From assembly GCA_034435435.1 (NCBI GenBank), contig DAOTXN010000147.1, positions 1-44,704 on the forward strand: a stretch of DNA of 44,704 bases, given 5' to 3'. A program made the translations under genes and the position numbers. The DNA is from Anaerolineae bacterium. GTDB taxonomy: Bacteria > Chloroflexota > Anaerolineae > S140-20. Under the pieces are notes generated by a model. It searched no databases and was not told the DNA's origin. It saw nothing but the letters and a program-made list of their open reading frames with translations. Positions 1 through 10,100 of the stretch are shown here, piece after piece (positions within the stretch are counted from its first letter, which is position 1; each line of letters begins with the position of its first letter).

Positions 1-1389
1 CAAAATGCCCTCACGTAGTTGGATCATGAACGACACAGCGAGATGCGTTACGACGCCAAGCCCGCATTACTTTCTGCTTGGGTGGCGATGCACAGCGGCG
101 CGGTATGGCTTTGCGCTCGACCTTACTCTCAACTGGCAGCAATGCCACGGCGGCGCCGAGCGCTGGAGGGGGATCTCCTTCCAAAGGCGTGATCACAGGA
201 TACAAGCGCTCGAGCCTGATACGCGCATCGTCGGTAGTGAATTGCCAGTTCACCGTGGTTGCGCTGGTGTTGCGAGCTTGGGTCCAGGCCAACACTTGTC
301 TTTCCAGAATCTGCCGTGTCCCAATGCGTCGATCCAAACACTGGCGGCTGAGCACGCTCAACTCGGTCTCGGCCATATTCAACCAACTACCGTGTTTGGG
401 GGTGTAGTGAATTTCCAACTTGTTCAGAATGCGTTGAGCCTCGGCCGGTGGAAAGGCTTCGTACAGCGCGCCCCCGACGTGGGTGTTCAGATTGTCCATC
501 ACCAGCACGACCTTCTCGGCATCCGGGAACAATACGTCCACGATGTCCCGCACCAGATAAGCCCAGTCCTTGCGTGTGCGCCGCTTCGTGACACGGGTCC
601 AACGTTGGCCCAGCAGCGGGGCAAAAACCATAAAGATGTTGGCAACCCCCTCGCGTTTGTACTCGTAGTCGTGGCATTCTGTCTGTCCAGGCTTCAGTGG
701 CAGCGGAATTCGCGTCTCCGAGACCAGTTGATAGGGCATTTCGTCCATGCATACCAGCGGTCGCTTGGGATCCAAGGGTCTACGATAGACTTCCAGGATG
801 TCTTCCATGTGGCAAACGAACTCGCCGTTTTGCCCCGGCGGAATGCACCATTCCTTCTTGAGCCAGGGTTTGAGTTCATTCGCCTTCAACGTTTGGCGCA
901 CGGTCTCGTAAGAAATCGGTTCGTCAAATATCGCCAACTCGACCGCCTTGTCCGCCAGCAGACGCAACGACCAGCGAGCGTAACCCTCTGGCGCAGGCCC
1001 ACACAGCATCGCGATCAAGCGCGCCTCGCATTCGCCATCGATTCTACGTCGACGATGATTCCGCGTCGAATGCCCATGCAGGGCTATCTCGAAGCTCTCC
1101 AGCACAAACCGCTCCCGAATATTCGCCACTGTGCTCACATTAACTTCCAACGCTTCGCTGATTTTTGCATCCGTCCAAGCCGGAGCATCGGGACTACTGT
1201 CTGCCTTCAACATGATCCGCGCATGGACCAGTTTGCGCGCCGCCGCCTTGCCTTTCGCCAACATCGCTTCCAATCGTACACGCTCTTCCTCGGTCAACGT
1301 GATAACAGACTTTTTCATAGCTCTGGGCCCCCTTTGGAGTGCGTTGTTCTCGCATCCTTAAGGGTACCCCAGATTTTGTCACAGGGAAA
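1..1389 (-). mobile_element. IS630-family insertion sequence, possibly truncated by the window edge, inserted immediately upstream of the PglZ gene
   Basis: The transposase gene occupies almost the whole interval. Only 71 bp separate the transposase start (1318) from the PglZ start (1390). Terminal inverted repeats could not be verified because one end lies outside the window. Confidence 0.4.
11..1318 (-). CDS. IS630/Tc1-mariner family DDE transposase (N-terminal HTH + DDE_3 core). The ORF runs without a stop to the window edge, so the true 3' end is uncertain.
   Basis: Translation has an N-terminal HTH region (EERVRLEAMLAKGK...VSTVANIRERF). The DDE core tail VLVMDNLNTHVGGALYEAF...LEIHYTPKHGSWLNMAETELSVLSRQCL is characteristic of IS630 transposases. 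The long + strand ORF 5..1393 is its antisense shadow. Confidence 0.75.
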   Translation of the reverse strand: MKKSVITLTEEERVRLEAMLAKGKAAARKLVHARIMLKADSSPDAPAWTDAKISEALEVNVSTVANIRERFVLESFEIALHGHSTRNHRRRRIDGECEARLIAMLCGPAPEGYARWSLRLLADKAVELAIFDEPISYETVRQTLKANELKPWLKKEWCIPPGQNGEFVCHMEDILEVYRRPLDPKRPLVCMDEMPYQLVSETRIPLPLKPGQTECHDYEYKREGVANIFMVFAPLLGQRWTRVTKRRTRKDWAYLVRDIVDVLFPDAEKVVLVMDNLNTHVGGALYEAFPPAEAQRILNKLEIHYTPKHGSWLNMAETELSVLSRQCLDRRIGTRQILERQVLAWTQARNTSATTVNWQFTTDDARIRLERLYPVITPLEGDPPPALGAAVALLPVESKVERKAIPRRCASPPKQKVMRAWRRNASRCVVHDPTT

Positions 1390-3204
1390 ATGAATCTTGA
1401 CAGACCACTAGAGCATGACCCAGCCGCCCTGGCCCGCAAACTGGCGCAGGTGAAAATCTTGGCAGGTTACCCGCCCACAGTGGGCCAACGCATCCTCGGC
1501 CCAGAGTACGGCCATCTGGCTGCTCTAAACCTCGACCTCAGCAGCCTGCCGGTCCGCGAAACCGAGTTAGCCGGTGCTGTAGACCAGATCCGCGTTCATC
1601 TGAAGACCCTGGCGGAGACCCTGCTACCGTCCGAGGCGTTGCCCACAGCCCTCGCTCAAGTCAGCGGTCACCTGGTGGCCGAATTTGAAACGCTCCAATC
1701 ACTTCTGAAATCCAGCGCGGCTGTCGTTGTGGACGCCGACCTCGTGCAGCGGGTCCGTCACAAGTTCACCCCCATTCGCGACCAGTTGGAGCAAGAACTG
1801 GCCGACCTGGATTTGCTGATCACACCGTTACGCCCACCCAGGCCAAATCCTGATGGAAGCTGGGCTGCCGATAACTGGCTGGAGTGGGCCGTCAAGCACT
1901 ACTTGCCCTATCGGTTCTGGCTGGAAGAGATTGGCCGTCACGACCACGAGATCGCCGTCCAGGCCGACGCCTTTGCCGAATGGCTCTACGATCACTACCC
2001 AATGCTGCAGTTAACCTATCCTCGAATGGTCTATCGGGGCCTGTTAGCCCTACGGGATCGGCTCACCGGTCCTGCTCCAGTCCTGGTGGCTGTGGTGGAC
2101 AACCTCAACTACAAGTTCTTCCCCGATCTGGTGCGTTATCTCCAGACCCAGGGCTTCTTTAGCCAAGAGACCATTCCTCACCTGGCGATGCTCCCCTCTT
2201 GCACTGAGGTGAGCAAAAAGTGCCTGTTCATCGGCCAGCCAGAGCCTTTCCCTGGCACTGCCTATGAAAAGCCGACGCTCGCGGCTTGGGAACACACTCT
2301 AAAAGGGCGACGGATTCGCTACTTGCCTCATGTTGGCGCACTGCGCTCGGTCAAGCGACGGGAACACGATGTCTACTTTTTGAACTACTTGCCGGTAGAC
2401 GAAGCATTACACGACGACGAGCAACAAACCGGTGTGTTCTACAGCGCCGCCGTCCGCCAGCGGTTGCGGGCGCTGACCCAAGACATCCGGGCGTTCGCTG
2501 AGCGGATCGGCGCCGAGGGTGATCTGGTTCTGGTCGTCGTCTCGGATCACGGCGCGACTCGCATTGCTGCTGAGGCGCCCAACGCCATTGATCGCCAATT
2601 CTACGCCGGTAGAGTGAAGGACAGGCATCACCGCTATGTGACCATAGACGATAAGCAACTCGCTGCTCTGCCGGACAATGTGCGCTTCGAGTGCTACGTC
2701 TTTGAGCGGGAACGCTTCGGTTTGCCGACCCATTATCTGGCCGCCCGCAGCACCTACCGTTTCGCTGACCCGGGCGAAGGCATCTATGTCCACGGCGGAT
2801 TGTCGCCTGAGGAGACCATCGTGCCCCTGGCCGTCTTTACGCCGGTTGCCGTCGCCTCCAGGCCGCTGACGATCCGCCTGCTGGCCGACGAGTTCCGCTA
2901 TGGCGTAAAATCGCTCCTGCGTTTAGAACTGGTCAATCCCAACCGCTATGGTTGCCAAGATGTGCACGTGGAGGTGCTCAACGCCAACGTCGAGGCGACT
3001 CCTGTTTTGCTGGGCGGCCTGGATGCACTGAGTCAGGCCGAGGTCTCAAGCGAGGTACGTTTCCGTCGCATGCCTGGCGAGATGACGGCTCTGCAAGTGC
3101 GGATGACCTACCAGTTCCTGGGCAAGTCGCACAGCCAGGTGGCGGAACTGCCGATCACGCTAAAACGGTTGATGACCACGACCTTCGACCTGGACGACCT
3201 GTAA
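1390..3204 (+). CDS. PglZ-domain protein (alkaline-phosphatase superfamily), 604 aa
   Basis: Carries the conserved PglZ/alkaline phosphatase motifs LVLVVVSDHGATR and YVHGGLSPEETIVPL (SDHG and HGG..E). Probable ATG at 1390 (MNLDRPLEHD) inside the longer ORF 1339..3204. Gap of only 30-50 bp to the downstream ATPase gene. Confidence 0.6.
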   Translation: MNLDRPLEHDPAALARKLAQVKILAGYPPTVGQRILGPEYGHLAALNLDLSSLPVRETELAGAVDQIRVHLKTLAETLLPSEALPTALAQVSGHLVAEFETLQSLLKSSAAVVVDADLVQRVRHKFTPIRDQLEQELADLDLLITPLRPPRPNPDGSWAADNWLEWAVKHYLPYRFWLEEIGRHDHEIAVQADAFAEWLYDHYPMLQLTYPRMVYRGLLALRDRLTGPAPVLVAVVDNLNYKFFPDLVRYLQTQGFFSQETIPHLAMLPSCTEVSKKCLFIGQPEPFPGTAYEKPTLAAWEHTLKGRRIRYLPHVGALRSVKRREHDVYFLNYLPVDEALHDDEQQTGVFYSAAVRQRLRALTQDIRAFAERIGAEGDLVLVVVSDHGATRIAAEAPNAIDRQFYAGRVKDRHHRYVTIDDKQLAALPDNVRFECYVFERERFGLPTHYLAARSTYRFADPGEGIYVHGGLSPEETIVPLAVFTPVAVASRPLTIRLLADEFRYGVKSLLRLELVNPNRYGCQDVHVEVLNANVEATPVLLGGLDALSQAEVSSEVRFRRMPGEMTALQVRMTYQFLGKSHSQVAELPITLKRLMTTTFDLDDL

Positions 3205-3255
3205 CCTGTTCTCGTCACTTGCCCACTTGCAAACTTGCCTGCATGGAGAGAGTCG

Positions 3256-4668
3256 ATGGAAACCTTTGAACAAAAGGCCCTGGACCATTACGGTGAAGTC
3301 ATCATCAACAAGCATCTGATCCACGAGGCTGGTTTTGGCGCACGAGCCATCCCCACCTACGTCGGCGAGTGGATCCTCTCGGCCTACGCCCAAGATGGCG
3401 AGCTGACCGAAACCAGCCGGGAAAAGATCGCCGCCTTTTTGAGCAAGTACCTGCCCACCAAAGGCCAGAAGGATGAGATCAAGAACCGTCTGCTCAAGAT
3501 GGAGACCGTACGTTTGCTAGACGATTTCAGTGTGGCCATCAACCTCAAGACCGGCGAGCGGCTGCTGCGCGTCCCCTTGCTCGACATCAACGATGCCCAA
3601 GTTAGCGGTCAAATTGTGGATCACAACGAGTTGCTGGTCACTAGTGGCGTGTGGGGCATTGGCGATTTGTTCTACGTGCCGCCGGAAGGTTCCCGAGAGC
3701 GCGGTCAGGTCTGGATGCGCGAATTCCGCCCCTTTCAGGTCAGCAGCATTGATCTGGCATACTTTCAGGACTGCCGGCGGCACTTTACACTGGACGAGTG
3801 GCTGGACCTGATGGTCTCCAGCATGGGTTTCAATCCGGGCGCGCTGGCCGAGCTCCAAAAGATCATCCTCATCACCCGTATCATCCCCCTGGCTCAGCCT
3901 CGGGTGAACCTGGTCGAGCTGGCCCCCAAAGGCACCGGCAAATCATTCGTCTACGACAACCTTTCCCGTTACGCCCGCGTCATCGGCGGCGGCAAGATTA
4001 CCCCGGCCGTGCTCTTTCATAACCTGGCCTCGCACACTCCCGGCCTGATCACCCGCTACGACGCAATCGTCCTGGATGAAGTACAGAGTATTCGAGGCGA
4101 CAGCGCCGGCGAGCTTGTCGCCGGGCTTAAGGTCTATCTGGAAGCGGGCCGTTACAGTCGCGGTCGCACGATGGGCACGGCTGAAGCCAGCTTTGTCATG
4201 TTGGGCAACATTACCCTGGACGAGAACAAGCGCCCACTCTACTCAGACGCCGGACTATTCCGTGAGATCCCCAACTTTTTGCAAGAGACCGCCTTCCTGG
4301 ACCGTATTCACGGTTTGGTAGCAGGGTGGGAGATGGGCCGGGTGACCAAAGACACACCATCGCGCAGCCTGGGTTTCAAAGGCGACTTTTTCTCAGAGGT
4401 TCTACACGCGCTCCGTCGTGAAGCCCAATACGACGAGTTCGTCTCGCAAGAGATGCGTCTGGTCGGCTGTGACGACCTGCGTGACCGAAAAGCTATCGCC
4501 CGTCTGGCAGCCGGTTTCCTCAAGCTGCTCTTCCCCGATTCAAAGCCAGCCCCGGAAGAGTTCCGCGAATTTTGCATTCGGCCTGCCGTTGCGCTGCGCC
4601 AGCGAGTGAGGGACGAGCTGCACCGCATGGACCCCGAATACGCTCAAGTGGAGATCGGCGTGGCGTAA
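3256..4668 (+). CDS. BrxL-like AAA+ ATPase (Lon-associated ATPase domain without the Lon protease domain). Partner of the PglZ protein (TIGR02687/TIGR02688-type gene pair).
   Basis: Walker A LAPKGTGKSFVYDNL and Walker B AIVLDEVQSI. Overall resemblance to the N-terminal ATPase region of BREX BrxL. The ATG at 3256 (METFEQKAL) is preceded by GGAGAG. The protein ends well short of where a Lon protease domain would be. Confidence 0.5.
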   Translation: METFEQKALDHYGEVIINKHLIHEAGFGARAIPTYVGEWILSAYAQDGELTETSREKIAAFLSKYLPTKGQKDEIKNRLLKMETVRLLDDFSVAINLKTGERLLRVPLLDINDAQVSGQIVDHNELLVTSGVWGIGDLFYVPPEGSRERGQVWMREFRPFQVSSIDLAYFQDCRRHFTLDEWLDLMVSSMGFNPGALAELQKIILITRIIPLAQPRVNLVELAPKGTGKSFVYDNLSRYARVIGGGKITPAVLFHNLASHTPGLITRYDAIVLDEVQSIRGDSAGELVAGLKVYLEAGRYSRGRTMGTAEASFVMLGNITLDENKRPLYSDAGLFREIPNFLQETAFLDRIHGLVAGWEMGRVTKDTPSRSLGFKGDFFSEVLHALRREAQYDEFVSQEMRLVGCDDLRDRKAIARLAAGFLKLLFPDSKPAPEEFREFCIRPAVALRQRVRDELHRMDPEYAQVEIGVA

Positions 4669-4801
4669 ATGCCGTCGTCGGCTGTGACGTTTTTGTCATA
4701 TAGGGATCATATTAGACTCGGTCCGACAGTGCTATGATAGAGGCGTGTTCGGCGACCTGCGAGCACCCCATCACGTCCGTCTTTAATCGCACCGAGGCGA
4801 T

Positions 4802-7108
4802 GTGTTGAGCGACCAAACGGACAACAACTATCGGATTAACGAACCCGTCATCGCCCAAGTGGAACAAGTCTTCCCCTTTGGCGTCTTTGCTCGCCTGCCC
4901 AACGGCGCCCGGGCTTACGTGCGTAAGCGAGAGCTCACCTTGACGGGTAATGTGGACCCCCGTCAGGTAGTCTCAGAAGGCGAGCACATCAAGGCCGTCG
5001 TGATTGCGCTGGCTCAAGCCGAGCGGAACCTCGAGCTGAGCGTTCGTCAGGCCGAGCCAGACCCGTGGGATACAGTTGCGCGCTCGCTCAGCGTTCGATA
5101 TACCGTCATCGCTACGGTGAAGAAGCTGTCAACCCGAGGCGTTCTGGTCCAGGTTGTCCCCGGTGTGGACGGCTTTATCCCTTTGGCCGAGCTGGCGCCC
5201 TGGTCTGTAGAAAAGCCCGATGATCTATTGTGGCCTGGCGATCACGTGGAAGCGATGATCACACATCTCGATCTCCCGGTCAGACGCCTGCGGCTCAGCA
5301 TCCGCCAACAAATGAAACACGCGGCCCAGGTCAGGGAAATGGTAGCGTTCTTGAGGGAGAAGGAAAAGGCGGAGGAAAAACTGCCCGCCGAGGTTACTGA
5401 CGAGTCGTTTACCAGGGAAGAGTTTGCATCTCTTGAAGTGGGAGTTGAAAGTGTGGCCCCGGATATCGCCGAGCGGCTGGGACGAATTTTGATCGTAGAA
5501 GACCACGAGGATGTTCGCGAACCGCTGGTCGCGTGGCTGCGCCGATTGGGTTTTTCGACCGAGGGCGTCACGTCGCCGGCAGAGGCATTGGCTTGCTTGC
5601 AAGAAGGCAATTGTGGGCTGGCCTTGATTGATCTGGATCTGTCTGGCGAGGATGGTTTGAATCTCACTCGGACCATCGCTCAAGGGACCTCAGACACACA
5701 ACTGGCAGTGATGAGTTCTCCTGAGTGGATTGCGCAGCGGCTATCAGAATTGACCGCGCTGCGGGTGGTGGCAGTCTTTGTCAAGCCGTTGGATTTGAGC
5801 GAGATTCTCGAGACACTCATCCAGGTGGGTCAAGGCGAGACCCCCGATCCGCTTAGACCGGCGGCACCGAAACTGGATGAAGAGAAGAGCCTGGACTCAC
5901 ACCAGCAATTAGCTGAGACCATGCGCAGCGGCCTGCCACTGCAGGCACGATTCCGGGCCGGCCTGGAAGAGCTGGTGCACACGTCCCGTGCTGAGGAGGG
6001 TTTAGTCTTTCAGCTCGACCCGCATTCACAGCAGGTGACCATCGTGGCCCAGGCCGGGGATCTCGCGTTGAATCGAGCGGCGCTTTATATGCTGGTCGAG
6101 AGCCCGGTCAAGGATGTGATCCAAGAGCGGGATGCGGTGTTTGAGACACACGTTTCCCGTCAGGCCGCAGCTCGTTTCAGCAAATTGCTAGACTTGCTGC
6201 CTTTTGAATCCTGCCTGGGAGTACCTATCCCGGCCGGCGGTGAGGTGCACCACGCTCTTTTTTTGTTCCATCGCCAGCCGGACGCTTTCTCTCGCTATCG
6301 CGTGCGAGATGCGCAGGCCATGGCGATGTTGTTCAGTGTAGCCCTGGAGGGCCAGGCACTGGAAGAGCGTATTCGGGCAGTCAGTCCCTTTTTGTTGAGC
6401 GGTCAACTGGCGACGGGGTTCAGCCACGAAGTATACAACAAGATGCTCGGCCTAGAGCTGCAGATCCGCAACCTGCGGGCCGATTGCGAGCGTTTGCAGT
6501 TGGGAACGGCGTCTATTGACTCCCTCGCGCCACACCAGGCGCTCGATCAACTCTTGACTGCGGCTCTCGATTTGAAGGACGCAGCGACCCTCTTTCAAAA
6601 ATTAGTCCGGTCCGAACAGGAAGAGAGAGTGGACGTGAACGGGGTGATCCAGCGAGCCAATCAGTTGCTGCACCCCATCGCCCGCCGACACCAGGTCAAG
6701 ATCGAAACCGCGTTGATGCCGGACCTGCCCCCTATCCTTGGCAGCGCCATTCGTCTGCAACAGGTGTTCTTGAACGTGATGCTGAACGCCGTCCAGCACA
6801 TAGCCCCCAAGGTGAAACGTTGGTCTGAAACTCGGGGGTTATTGCGCATCATCACGACCCTGGAGCCGGAAAAGGAACGTCCCATTCAGGTGCGCTTTGC
6901 CGACAATGGACCAGGCATCCACCACCGTTCGTGGGAAAGTATCTTTGGCCTGGGCTTTTCCACCCGACCAGGAGGGACCGGCCTGGGATTGTTCATCGCC
7001 AGGAGTCTGGTCGAGTCCGTGGGAGGGGCGATTTGCGTAGAACAGAGCCTGATCCCAACCGGCACAATCTTTCGGGTCGAATTGCCGGCAGCGACGGGCA
7101 AGGCGTGA
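4802..7108 (+). CDS. Hybrid sensor histidine kinase with two N-terminal S1 RNA-binding domains, a receiver (REC), a GAF-like region, HisKA and HATPase_c
   Basis: S1-like OB folds: VIAQVEQVFPFGVFARLPNGARAYVRKRELT and YTVIATVKKLSTRGVLVQVVPGVDGFIPLAEL. REC: RILIVEDHEDVREPLVAWLRRLGF...ALIDLDLSGEDGLNL. H-box: GFSHEVYNKMLGLELQIRNLR. ATP lid: DNGPGIHHRSWESIFGLGFSTRPGGTGLGLFIARSLVE. Confidence 0.7.
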   Translation: MLSDQTDNNYRINEPVIAQVEQVFPFGVFARLPNGARAYVRKRELTLTGNVDPRQVVSEGEHIKAVVIALAQAERNLELSVRQAEPDPWDTVARSLSVRYTVIATVKKLSTRGVLVQVVPGVDGFIPLAELAPWSVEKPDDLLWPGDHVEAMITHLDLPVRRLRLSIRQQMKHAAQVREMVAFLREKEKAEEKLPAEVTDESFTREEFASLEVGVESVAPDIAERLGRILIVEDHEDVREPLVAWLRRLGFSTEGVTSPAEALACLQEGNCGLALIDLDLSGEDGLNLTRTIAQGTSDTQLAVMSSPEWIAQRLSELTALRVVAVFVKPLDLSEILETLIQVGQGETPDPLRPAAPKLDEEKSLDSHQQLAETMRSGLPLQARFRAGLEELVHTSRAEEGLVFQLDPHSQQVTIVAQAGDLALNRAALYMLVESPVKDVIQERDAVFETHVSRQAAARFSKLLDLLPFESCLGVPIPAGGEVHHALFLFHRQPDAFSRYRVRDAQAMAMLFSVALEGQALEERIRAVSPFLLSGQLATGFSHEVYNKMLGLELQIRNLRADCERLQLGTASIDSLAPHQALDQLLTAALDLKDAATLFQKLVRSEQEERVDVNGVIQRANQLLHPIARRHQVKIETALMPDLPPILGSAIRLQQVFLNVMLNAVQHIAPKVKRWSETRGLLRIITTLEPEKERPIQVRFADNGPGIHHRSWESIFGLGFSTRPGGTGLGLFIARSLVESVGGAICVEQSLIPTGTIFRVELPAATGKA

Positions 7109-7128
7109 ACGGTGAGGAGCGATGAGCG

Positions 7129-10100
7129 ATGAGCGATGAGCGGCTACGGGTTTTACTGATAGACGATGAAAAAAGCTTGCGAGAACCCCTGGAAAAGTTC
7201 CTGGAAGGCAATTTCGGCTACTGGGTGGACGCTGTCGCCAGCGGTGAGGAGGGGCTGCGTCAGGTACAAGAGGCTCACGGTCAGTATGATGTCGCCTTGA
7301 TTGACGAGGTCCTTTTGGAAGGGCCGGATGGCATTGAAACCATGCAGCAGATCAAGGCGCTTTATCCCAACGTAGAAGTCATCATATTCACCGGCTGGGG
7401 GCCAGAATCTAAACAACGGGCGATCCGGGCCGGCGCCTTTCGGTATTTGGAAAAGCCTGTTAACAACGACGAACTGGCCATGCTCATCCGCACGGCGGCG
7501 CAACAGGTGCGCCTGCGCGACATTGGCAGGGCCATTCTGGCAGAACGAGAGCCTGATCAAGTGCTCGCAAGCATTGGCAGAGCTGCCTGCTCCCTGGCTC
7601 TGGCTGACGATGCAGCCATTGTGCTTTTGGATCCGGCTACGGGAAAGTTGAGAGTTTATTCCAATACCTATGCGGCTGAGCAGCAATGGCAAAAACATTT
7701 CCAAGATCAGAATCTCTCCAGGGAGATCATCCGTACCGGCCAGGTCGTACAGGTCCCAGATACAGCGCAGGACGAGCGAGTAAACCCGCAGGTAGCGCAG
7801 ACCGGTATCCGTTCCTTTGTGGGGTTGCCCATTCCCGGCGAAGGCGGGAACCTGGGCGCGCTCTATGTTTATAGCCAGAAACCGATGCGGTTTGAAGAGT
7901 GGGGAACCGTCGCCGTGCTGCAAACCCTGGCCGGACAGGCCGGGTTGGCCATTACCAATGCTCAAGCTTTTCACCAGGTCCGCGCTCACGCCTGCTATAT
8001 GGAGGCCCTGGTGCAGGCCGGACAAGGGTTGACCAAAGCCACACACTTGGAGGAGCAGCTCGCATTGGCGTGGGGCTTTGTGCGCGAGCAGTTGGAGGTG
8101 TCTACCTTTTTCGTGGGTTTGTTTGACCGAGAAGCAGACGTTTTGACTTTCCCGCTGGCTTATGACGAGGGCCAGCCGATTGAGATTCCTGAGCGAATTC
8201 TGGGTGGTGATCCCAAGGAATGGGGTGCTGCCGGTTATGTGGTCAAGACCGGGCAGGAATTGTATTGGCCCACACAGGAAAGTAGCAAGGCGCACTGCCT
8301 TTCTTTGGGTATTAAAGGTATTCAAATCGGCAAGCCGTGCCAGTCCTGCTTTTATCTGCCTCTGAAGGCAGGTAATCAGGTTACGGGAGTGGTATCCATT
8401 CAAAGTTACAGCTCCTATGCCTTTACCCCCATCCTGTTGGATGCCTGCCGGGCTTTGGGGAGCCAGTTGAGCGAGGCTCTGGAGAACAGGCGGTTGTTTT
8501 CCGAACTGGTGGAGACCAAGGAGTGGCGAGAGGCCCTGATCGAGAACGCCTTTGACGCGGTGGTTGCCATTGACCGAAACAAGCGGATTACCGTGTTTAA
8601 TCAGCGGGCGGAAGAGATGTTTGGCCGGACAGCCGAGGAGATGAGTGGCCGGACAGTGGCTCGACTGCACGTGGATGTAAGCAAGGCACAAGAAATCTTT
8701 GATATAGTGGACAAAGAAGGAGCGATTTCAGGCTGGAAAGTAGAATTGAAGCACCGCGATGATACCCCTATCCCGGCCTTGCTCTCTGCCACCCTGATAA
8801 GAGACAGCGGCGGTCGTCCCATCGGACAGGCTGGTTTTATGCGCGACTTGCGCAAAGTCAATCTGTTGGAGGAACGACAGCAAGCTCTGATGCAGGTAAG
8901 CCAAACGATCACCAGTACGTTAGAATTGGATACAGTTCTAGAACGGGTCATACAGGCCGCGGTCGCGGCTTTCCCGGCGGCCCAGGCAGGAGCCATTCAT
9001 CTCTACGATGAGCGGAGTGGTGACTTGTGTTTGCGAGCCAACACATTTGGCTATAGTCCTTCAGCCGCCGAAGCGCTGTGCTTCAAGGCCGGCGAAGGCA
9101 TTGCCGGCTGGGTGTTCCAAAACCGGCAGCCAGCGGTGGTAGACGATGCCTTCCAAGATCCCCGCTACAAGTGGATTGAGCATCCAGAGGTGTCAGCCCA
9201 CCGGTCTATGGTCTGTGTACCACTTGAGGTGAGAGGCCAAGTGATCGGCGCTTTATCCTTGAACACGGTGGATAGTGCGGGTGTCTTTCACGCCGATGAT
9301 CTGGGCTTGCTGACCACGTTCGCCGATCAAGCAGCGATTGCCATTGACAACGCCCGCCGGATGCATGAATTGGAGCAAATGCGCCGGGCCGCAGAGGCAA
9401 TGGCGCGAGTTTTTGAACCCCCCCAGGCCTTGCAGCAGATTGCCAGGAGCGCCAGACAGGTTCTCGAAGCTGACTCTTCGGCCATCTGGTCTTATGATCA
9501 AGTCCTGGATCAGTTTATCCCGGAAGAACTGGTAGCTGTTGGAATTCCACCTGATGAACTGGAACGCTTTAGGCAAGAGGAGCCCAAGCCCGGTCGTACC
9601 GCGGACACGGTGATGCAAAGAGGTTACATCGCAGTGCAGGACATCTCGCAGCCTGAGTACGAATTCTTGGGTCAACCCACGCGCCGGTTATTAAATCGCA
9701 TCGGTGTACGATGTTTTCAGGGGATTGCGTTGCGAGTCGGGGAAGAAAGTCTGGGCGTACTGTATGTAAACTATAAACATACGAAAACCTTGGGCGAGGA
9801 GGAAGAAGCCACTCTCAGAACGTTCGCCAGTCACGCGGCCCTGGCCCTGAAAAACGCCCGTCTCCTGACCCAAATGGAACGAACAAGAAGGGCAACCGAG
9901 GTCATCGCCCGGGTCACAGTGCAGGAGGACCTGCATCATACGCTCACCACCATCGCTCAACACACACGCCGGGTTTTGAGTAGCGATGCCGTCAATATCT
10001 ACGAGTTTGATGAAGATGCGGGTCAATTCGGCGAATGGACAGCAGAGATCGTGGATGCTCGCGATCCTGGCTCCGTGCGACCAGCGGACCAGTTGACACG

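Noticed and set aside
5-1393. 462-aa + strand ORF covering the first 1.4 kb
   Set aside because: Antisense shadow of the IS630 transposase gene in GC-rich DNA. Its translation is low-complexity (Arg/Gly/Pro/Ala-rich) with no motifs. The transposase on the minus strand has clear family signatures.
7153-8691. 512-aa minus-strand ORF inside the giant sensor kinase gene
   Set aside because: Lies entirely antisense to a gene with strong REC/GAF/PAS signatures. No RBS or motif. Typical GC-driven spurious ORF.
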